Below are positions 57,681-64,000 of a stretch of 64,000 nucleotides of DNA, piece by piece. Origin of the DNA: an uncultured Bacillota bacterium (GTDB lineage Bacteria > Bacillota_I > Bacilli_A > RF39 > UBA660). The notes under the pieces were generated by a model. The model did no database searches and was not told where the DNA came from. It worked only from the letters and a program-made list of their open reading frames with translations. Numbering within the stretch: position 1 is the first letter of the stretch; every line of letters begins with the position of its first letter. A program made the translations under genes and the position numbers. Location of the stretch: NCBI GenBank assembly GCA_905205665.1, contig CAJLEF010000005.1, positions 25,266 through 89,265 on the forward strand, written 5' to 3'.

Positions 57681-59482
57681 GTTGCTCCTTCTGTACCACA
57701 AACACGTCCTTCGCTATCGGTTTGTTCATAATCCTCTTTTGGAGTCGTAGTAGAAGAACCTTTTTTAGTAACTGTGATGGTTATACTTGTATTTTCCACA
57801 ATACGACTACCCTTTTCTCTACTTTGGCCAATGACAATGCCCGCTTCACGAGAGTTATCTTCTTTTTCAATTTTATTAACGGTGACATTATATTTCTTTA
57901 AATAATCTACGACATCATTATAAGTATAACTACCCGTTGTAAAATCAGGATATTTATCTACGTTTGGAATATAAAGGGTAACATAGTCTCCTTTACTTAC
58001 CTTTTCTCCAGCAGCTGGAGTTTGAGAAAGAATCGTGTTCTCTTCGGCTTTTTCATCGGTTGTACTTTTCTTTTCCACTAAAACTTGAATATCTAAGGCT
58101 TCTAATTTACCTTTAATTTCTAAATAGTTTTTACCAGTGTAATCTTCTAAGGTAATTTTAGAGTCGCCTTCACTTACCCATAAAGTAACTTCAGTGCCTT
58201 TTGTTCTTTTAGTATTGGCAAGAGGAGATGTTTTAACGACATTGCCATAAGGAATCGTATCAGAACTTGTCTTTTGTTGATCACTTGCCACTTTAAAGCC
58301 AGCATCTTGTAAAGTTTTTAGGGCATCTTCTACCGTATAACCAGATACATCAGGAATGGTAATTTCTTTATTCGTTGTTAAGGCAGGTATTAAAATCACT
58401 ATGGTTGTAATGGCTACAATTAAAAAAGTAAAGATAGAAGCCAAGACAATTAACAGTTTATTTTGTTTTTTTAAATCATTTTTTGTTATCTGTTTTGCCA
58501 AAATTTCACCTTCGTCATCTTCTTTTTTTTCATTTTTTATATTCTTTGGTTTTACAGGCTCATCATTTAAAATTTTCTTACTTTCTTTTTTCTTATCTTC
58601 TGTAAATTCAGGATAAGGTAATGTAATCTTAGGCTCGTGTAATCTTTCTTCATCTAAACACGTTAATAAATCCATATGCATTTCTCTAGCATCAGCATAA
58701 CGATTTTTAGGGTTTTTAGCGGTCGCTTTAATGATGATGTTTTCAACACTTGTAGGAATGTTTGGTAAAATTTCACGAATACTTGGTAAAGGTTCCTTTA
58801 AATGTTTTAAAGCAATTTCAACGGCATTGTCACCTCGATAAGGAAGAGTTCCGGTAAGAAGTTCATACATAACAATTCCCATCGAATAGATATCACTTTG
58901 TAAAATAGCTCCCTTACCATTAGCTTGTTCAGGTGGAATATAATGAACACTACCCATCACTGAGTTTGTTTGTGTAAGCTGCGTACTATTCATCGCCATG
59001 GCAATACCAAAGTCCATGATTTTAACCATACCATTTTCTAAAATCATAATATTTTGAGGTTTAATATCCCGATGAATAATATAAGAATCATGTGCTACAC
59101 TCATACCATCGGTAATCTGAAGCATGATATCGATAACTTCACTTAAAGTAAGTTTTCCTCTTTTTTTAATTAAATCTTTTAAATTTTTTCCCTCTACATA
59201 TTCCATCACAATGTAGTATTGGCCAGCGTCTTCCCCGACATCATAAACTTCTACGATATTAGGATGCGATAGACTACTTGCCGAAAGTGCTTCTCGTTGA
59301 AATCTTCTTACAAATTTTTCATCATTAGCAAGATCTCCCCTTAATACTTTCACGGCGACATTACGGTCTAAAATTGTATCATAAGCAAGATAAACGTTTG
59401 CCATACCTCCTTCACCAATTGCCTTGATGATTTGGTAACGGTCACTGATTTTTTGCCCTTTCATTATCATTTTAACACCCAC
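57674..59482 (-). CDS. prkC: Ser/Thr protein kinase PrkC with three PASTA domains.
   Basis: HRDIKPQN and DFGIA motifs, a TM segment, and three extracellular PASTA repeats. Confidence 0.85.
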   Translation of the reverse strand: MGVKMIMKGQKISDRYQIIKAIGEGGMANVYLAYDTILDRNVAVKVLRGDLANDEKFVRRFQREALSASSLSHPNIVEVYDVGEDAGQYYIVMEYVEGKNLKDLIKKRGKLTLSEVIDIMLQITDGMSVAHDSYIIHRDIKPQNIMILENGMVKIMDFGIAMAMNSTQLTQTNSVMGSVHYIPPEQANGKGAILQSDIYSMGIVMYELLTGTLPYRGDNAVEIALKHLKEPLPSIREILPNIPTSVENIIIKATAKNPKNRYADAREMHMDLLTCLDEERLHEPKITLPYPEFTEDKKKESKKILNDEPVKPKNIKNEKKEDDEGEILAKQITKNDLKKQNKLLIVLASIFTFLIVAITTIVILIPALTTNKEITIPDVSGYTVEDALKTLQDAGFKVASDQQKTSSDTIPYGNVVKTSPLANTKRTKGTEVTLWVSEGDSKITLEDYTGKNYLEIKGKLEALDIQVLVEKKSTTDEKAEENTILSQTPAAGEKVSKGDYVTLYIPNVDKYPDFTTGSYTYNDVVDYLKKYNVTVNKIEKEDNSREAGIVIGQSREKGSRIVENTSITITVTKKGSSTTTPKEDYEQTDSEGRVCGTEGATC

Positions 59483-59483
59483 T

Positions 59484-60209
59484 TTATATTTCTAAATAGG
59501 CAACCGAGATATTATCAATTCCACCTCGGGCATTACTTTTTTTAATTAATTTTTTCACTTTATCTTCCACAGATAATTCTTCATCTAGCACTTTTTCAAT
59601 TTGCTCGACAGTTAACATATTGGTAAGACCATCACTACAAAGGAAAATCCCATCGACATCAGTTTCTACTTCAAAAATATCCATGTCAATATTTTCGCCA
59701 ACACCTAAAGCTTTCATCAAAATATTTTTCTTAGGATGTGTTTTTGCTTCTTCTTCAGTAATATCTCCCGCTTCTACTAATAAGTTTACTAAAGTATGAT
59801 CTTTAGTGACTTTATGAAGACGATTATTTTTTAAAACAAAACCAGAAGAATCTCCAATATTACCAAAAATCAAAAAGTTATTGGTTCGTAAAGCTAAAAC
59901 TATTGTTGTGCCTAAGCCAGTAGAATCAAAGTGAGTTTTGGCATAATCTAAAATTTCTTCATTAATCTCGCTGATATTGTCATTAAGCCAATTTACTGCA
60001 TCTAATTTTGAACCCACACTACTGAGTTTTTGAAATCTTTTGCCAAAATGGGTAACAGCCAAAGAAGAAGCCACTTCGCCAGCGCGGTGTCCGCCCATGC
60101 CATCACAAACAAGCATTAAAGTTTCTCCACTGCCATTTTGAATAATTAAAACACTATCTTCATTATGACTTCTGACTTTCCCCACATCTGTTAAATAATA
60201 TGATTTCAT
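59484..60209 (-). CDS. prpC: PP2C-family Ser/Thr phosphatase (Stp/PrpC).
   Basis: CDGMGGH metal-binding motif. Immediately upstream of prkC. Confidence 0.8.
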   Translation of the reverse strand: MKSYYLTDVGKVRSHNEDSVLIIQNGSGETLMLVCDGMGGHRAGEVASSLAVTHFGKRFQKLSSVGSKLDAVNWLNDNISEINEEILDYAKTHFDSTGLGTTIVLALRTNNFLIFGNIGDSSGFVLKNNRLHKVTKDHTLVNLLVEAGDITEEEAKTHPKKNILMKALGVGENIDMDIFEVETDVDGIFLCSDGLTNMLTVEQIEKVLDEELSVEDKVKKLIKKSNARGGIDNISVAYLEI

Positions 60210-60323
60210 AATTCACCTCGTTATCATACTAAGCATATCAAATATTTTTAAAGACGTCTATAAAATTACGAATAAGTCTTTTCATTTCTAAAAGGCATTT
60301 GACATGTAATTGACAGCTATTTT

Positions 60324-60761
60324 TTATTCTTTTTCTAGCCAAATAGTCGTTGGCCCAACATTGGTGAAGCTTATTTTCATATCTGCTCCAAAAACACCTG
60401 CTTCAACGTGAATTTGTTTAGACAGTTCTTCTTTAAATTTATCATATAGTTTAATAGCTTCTTCGCCATTTAAAGCTTTGATATAACTTGGGCGATTACC
60501 ATTTTTAGTCTCAGCATAAAGTGTAAATTGACTGACAAGTAAAATTGCCCCGTTGACATCTAAGACGCTTTTATTCATCACTCCATTATCATCAGGAAAA
60601 ATGCGTAAATTTAAGACTTTTCTTGTCATATAAGCAATATGTTCTTCGGTATCACTTTTTGTAAAACCAACCAAAAGCATTAATCCATTTTGACAAGTGC
60701 CTGTCAATTTACCATTGGCCGTAACACTTGCATTTTCACATCTTTGAACTAAAACTCTCAC
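60324..60761 (-). CDS. dtd: D-aminoacyl-tRNA deacylase.
   Basis: SQFTL motif. 145 aa. Confidence 0.85.
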   Translation of the reverse strand: MRVLVQRCENASVTANGKLTGTCQNGLMLLVGFTKSDTEEHIAYMTRKVLNLRIFPDDNGVMNKSVLDVNGAILLVSQFTLYAETKNGNRPSYIKALNGEEAIKLYDKFKEELSKQIHVEAGVFGADMKISFTNVGPTTIWLEKE

Positions 60762-62899
60762 TTACGAGTCACCTCTTTTACAAAACGGAAGGTCATCAAG
60801 CTATTCATGAATCCTTCTAAAGATTCTTTACCACTAGTCTTAACGGTAAGTTCATAAAGAGTTTCTGTTAAATTAGCTTTTGTTTTTACCGCATCGACAT
60901 AAACGTTTTTACTCGTTGCTTTGCCGATAATATCTAATAAATAATTTTTACCAGTTTCACAGGTTACTAAAATTTTAGCAAAATAAGAAGATTCTTTAAG
61001 ACTATTCCAACTGACATCAATAAGTCGTTCGGGTTCATTTTTAACATTTTGGCAATTTTTTCTGTGAACGGTAACGCCTTCGCCTTTTGTAATAAAACCA
61101 ACGATTTCATCGCCAAAAATAGGATGACAACATTTGGCAAGATTAGTCATAATACCATCTTCACCGTTAACTAAAACCATGCCCCGTTCTTTTTTATGAT
61201 TGGTATTTTTACCATCATTATTTAAAACTTTTTCTATTAAAACATCTCTAACATCCTTTTTCTCTTCAGTAGCTAAAGAAATAATATAACTCGCCGTGAA
61301 ACGTAAGGATCCAATAGAAAAATAAATATCCTCGACATTTTCTAATTTTAAATCGGCACATATTTTTTTTACATTCTCATTAGATAAAACCGTATCAAAA
61401 GAAAGATGTCTTTTTCTAAGTTCATTATTTAAAATTGTTTTACCTTTTTCGGTATATATATCTTTTTCTTGCTTACTAAAATAAGCTTTTATCTTATTAC
61501 GGGCATGACTTGTTTTGACAAAATTTAACCATTCTTTATTAGGAACACCAGTTGAACTTGTTTTAATTTTTACAATGTCGTTGGTTTGAAGTTCATAATT
61601 TAAAGGTACAATGGCATCATTTACGATAGCACCAACCGTTTTATCGCCAACCCCAGTGTGAATACGGTAAGCAAAATCAAGAGGCGTAGAACCTTGAGGA
61701 AGTTCTAGAACATCTCCTTTTGGCGTAAAAACATAAATACTATCATTTAATAAATCACTTTTGATTTCACTCGCAAACTGGGCGTCTGATAAATTTTCAC
61801 TGGATTCAATTAAATTTCTAAAAATTTCTAATTTTTGCTCCATAATGCTTTTAACATAATGTTTTTCTTTGTAAGCAAAGTGAGAAGCAACACCTTTTTC
61901 GGCAAATTCATCCATTTCTTCGGTTCTAATTTGAACCTCATAACGATGACCATCACTACCAAAAACACCGGTATGTAAGCTTTGATACATATTAGCTTTA
62001 GGCATTGCAATATAGTCTTTAAAACGTCCTGGAATAGGTCTATATTTAGCGTGAATAAGACCAACTGCTAAGTAGCACTCACTTACCTTTTCAACAATGA
62101 CTCTTAAAGCTAAAATGTCATAAATTTTTTCCCAAGTTTTCCCATTATTTAATTTGTTATAAATGCTATAAACACTTTTTACACGGCTTTTGATATGAAA
62201 AGGAATATTTTGCTCGGTTAACATTTCACTGATAGAATTTTCCATATCTTTTAAACTTTCTTTTAGTTCTTCTTGAGTAGCATTTAAACGTTCTAATATA
62301 TCATTATAAACATCTGGTTTACTATATTTTAAACATAAATCTTCCATTTCACCTTTAATTTTATACATACCAAGACGGTGAGCGATTGGAATTAAAACCG
62401 TCATAGTTTCATTCACTTTTCTTTTACGATCTTCTTCACTTAAAGCATCTGCAGTTCTTAAATTATGAAGACGATCAGCAAGTTTTAAAAATAAAACTCT
62501 AATATCTTCGCTCATCCCTACTAAAACTTTACGTAAGTTCATCGCAGAGTATTCAGAATCATCTTGAAGCTCTAAACGATTAATTTTAGAAATGGTCCAG
62601 ACAATATTAGCCACATCGGTCCCAAAAAGATTTTCAATTTCTTCTTTAGTAGCCCCCGCATGATTCATAGTTTCATGAATTAAAGAAGCCATGATAGTCT
62701 CCGCATCTACACACATATCTAAAAGAATTTCCATAACACCAAGTGGATGAGTCATATAAGGAAGACCATTTAATCTCATTTTGCCTGCATGTTTTTGCAA
62801 ACCAAATTGATAAGCTTCTGTTATTTTTCTAATTTCTTCAGAATTATAATATTCTTCACATTTTGTTAGTAATTTATTAAAAATTTCGTCTGTTTGCAT
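60758..62899 (-). CDS. relA: Bifunctional (p)ppGpp synthetase/hydrolase RelA/SpoT (Rsh).
   Basis: HD hydrolase, RelA/SpoT synthetase, TGS and ACT domains. 713 aa. Confidence 0.9.
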   Translation of the reverse strand: MQTDEIFNKLLTKCEEYYNSEEIRKITEAYQFGLQKHAGKMRLNGLPYMTHPLGVMEILLDMCVDAETIMASLIHETMNHAGATKEEIENLFGTDVANIVWTISKINRLELQDDSEYSAMNLRKVLVGMSEDIRVLFLKLADRLHNLRTADALSEEDRKRKVNETMTVLIPIAHRLGMYKIKGEMEDLCLKYSKPDVYNDILERLNATQEELKESLKDMENSISEMLTEQNIPFHIKSRVKSVYSIYNKLNNGKTWEKIYDILALRVIVEKVSECYLAVGLIHAKYRPIPGRFKDYIAMPKANMYQSLHTGVFGSDGHRYEVQIRTEEMDEFAEKGVASHFAYKEKHYVKSIMEQKLEIFRNLIESSENLSDAQFASEIKSDLLNDSIYVFTPKGDVLELPQGSTPLDFAYRIHTGVGDKTVGAIVNDAIVPLNYELQTNDIVKIKTSSTGVPNKEWLNFVKTSHARNKIKAYFSKQEKDIYTEKGKTILNNELRKRHLSFDTVLSNENVKKICADLKLENVEDIYFSIGSLRFTASYIISLATEEKKDVRDVLIEKVLNNDGKNTNHKKERGMVLVNGEDGIMTNLAKCCHPIFGDEIVGFITKGEGVTVHRKNCQNVKNEPERLIDVSWNSLKESSYFAKILVTCETGKNYLLDIIGKATSKNVYVDAVKTKANLTETLYELTVKTSGKESLEGFMNSLMTFRFVKEVTRK

Positions 62900-62913
62900 C
62901 GTAAACCTCTTTT

Positions 62914-63774
62914 CTACATTTTTACATATTTATTTATTATTTTTTTTGATGGCATGTCACTTTCTTTAATGGTTCGAAGCATTTTATCACGATCAAATAA
63001 AACATTTTTACGTGTAAAAGTAAAACCGTCATTTACTTCTTCAAGTACATAGTAGCAAGCCACATCTTCTTCTTTCTCGGCATAACCCATACTTAAACTT
63101 CTTAAAGTATAAAAAGTGGTGCCTTTATATGTTTGAGATGGCTTTTCAAAATGAACATGACCTTCAAAAATAGCATCATAAGAAAATAAAGACTGCCCAT
63201 GAAACAAAGGATGTTCTAAAGTATCTAAAATATTTTTAACATACACACTTTTTCCATATCTTTTTATTAAAGTTTTTAAATATTTTATTTGTTCTTTAGA
63301 ATTGGTATACGTAAATAACTCCGCGCCATTCTCCCCATTTTTTATTCTTTGTTGAAAATGGGCTTGCCCATGATTTAGCCAATCTGATCGAACATCTCCA
63401 GCAAAATGACATAACCCAATTTTTTTACCTCCTAAAGTTAAATCGACAAAACAAGGAGAATTCCTGAGCCAATTTTTGGATTCTAACGATAACTTACTGT
63501 TTGTCCAATCAATCATTTGCATTCTTTCTAAATCTAGATAAGACAAAAAAGGCGCCATACCAAGTGTTTCGTAATATTCTTGATTTCCTAAAATAAGGGT
63601 AACTTTATTTTTTCTTAATAAACTTAAAACTTCTTCCGGATTTGGTCCATCGCCGATGGCATCACCAAGACAGTAAATCGCGTCTGGTTTTTCAAGAGTA
63701 ATTTTTTCTATACATTTTTGAAGGGGTTCTAAAAGTCCATGAATATCTGTTATTAATACTACTTTCTTAGGCAT
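62914..63774 (-). CDS. Calcineurin-like metallophosphoesterase.
   Basis: DIHG, GDAIGDG and GNQEY motifs. Confidence 0.6.
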   Translation of the reverse strand: MPKKVVLITDIHGLLEPLQKCIEKITLEKPDAIYCLGDAIGDGPNPEEVLSLLRKNKVTLILGNQEYYETLGMAPFLSYLDLERMQMIDWTNSKLSLESKNWLRNSPCFVDLTLGGKKIGLCHFAGDVRSDWLNHGQAHFQQRIKNGENGAELFTYTNSKEQIKYLKTLIKRYGKSVYVKNILDTLEHPLFHGQSLFSYDAIFEGHVHFEKPSQTYKGTTFYTLRSLSMGYAEKEEDVACYYVLEEVNDGFTFTRKNVLFDRDKMLRTIKESDMPSKKIINKYVKM

Positions 63775-64000
63775 GATTTTTCTTATCCTTTTCTTCTTCT
63801 AGTAAAATCTCACAATGAATCGTGGAATCTAATTTTTTCTTAAATACTAAGGCGTCTTTAATAGAACCTGCCACATAACCATAATGGATAGGAATGGCAA
63901 GCTTTGGAGCAATATAATTCGTAAGAGTCGCTGCTTCTAAACAATCCATCGTGTACGTTCCCCCAACTGGGATAAATAGAACATCACACGCTACTTCTTT
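63767..64000 (-). CDS. MBL-fold metallo-hydrolase-like protein, C-terminal part only (the gene continues past the window end).
   Basis: The open frame runs to the window edge. Assignment rests on a C-terminal ...IPIHYGY... segment. Confidence 0.35.
   Translation of the reverse strand, partial: KEVACDVLFIPVGGTYTMDCLEAATLTNYIAPKLAIPIHYGYVAGSIKDALVFKKKLDSTIHCEILLEEEKDKKNHA

Noticed and set aside
1-64000. Short internal or antisense ORFs in the six-frame track (e.g. 1366-1578, 2358-2549, 3456-3641, 7609-7815, 12377-12618, 26287-26584, 31151-31369, 39102-39407, 53716-54204, 58356-58616, 61828-62064).
   Set aside because: They are nested inside or antisense to well-supported genes, lack ribosome-binding sites, and have the low-complexity composition expected from AT-rich antisense frames.
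1-64000. CRISPR arrays, IS elements or transposases, phage genes, or restriction-modification or other defence systems.
   Set aside because: No regularly spaced direct repeats, no transposase- or integrase-like ORFs other than the two chromosomal Xer recombinases, and no methyltransferase or nuclease pairs were seen.

Overview
This 64-kb window is AT-rich (about 28-30% GC by eye) and looks like core chromosome of a low-GC, probably spore-forming member of the Bacillota. Spore markers are a SpoIVB-like S55 peptidase and a YjcZ-like small protein. The two sequence ends are an in-frame 3' fragment of pflB (position 1) and a partial MBL-fold gene running past 64000.

Almost every gene is a recognisable housekeeping gene:
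- Central metabolism and stress: pflB 3' end with pflA, obg, htpG (with a CIRCE operator), mutS.
- Translation and tRNA: nusB, xseAB, proS, mnmA, a T-box-controlled asnS-aspS-gatCAB operon, valS, def, dtd, two tRNAs (Lys-CUU and Gln-CUG).
- Recombination and chromosome: two Xer-type recombinases, rarA, smc, rnc.
- Envelope and lipids: murT-gatD, an mprF-like/pssA/psd phospholipid operon, ftsW, yidD.
- Signalling: the rsgA-prkC-stp block and relA.

I found no CRISPR arrays, transposases, phage genes or defence islands. The less ordinary items are:
- A roughly 170-nt minus-strand leader just upstream of tcdA. It has a consensus sigma-A promoter, an intrinsic terminator, and four copies of a tgtaag/cttaca heptamer that allow mutually exclusive helices. 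This is classic attenuator architecture and is the best candidate for a novel system.
- A HipA-like kinase gene translationally coupled between nusB and xseA.
- Two tandem paralogous membrane-anchored proteins with KYG (WG-like) repeats and Cys pairs, lying next to a decayed pseudogene and to dispersed type IV pilus parts (pilC, pilD and a distant pseudopilin, with no ATPase).
- A CIRCE operator on htpG.
- Several small or uncharacterised ORFs.

All calls come from reading motifs and signals directly in the sequence. No database searches were run.
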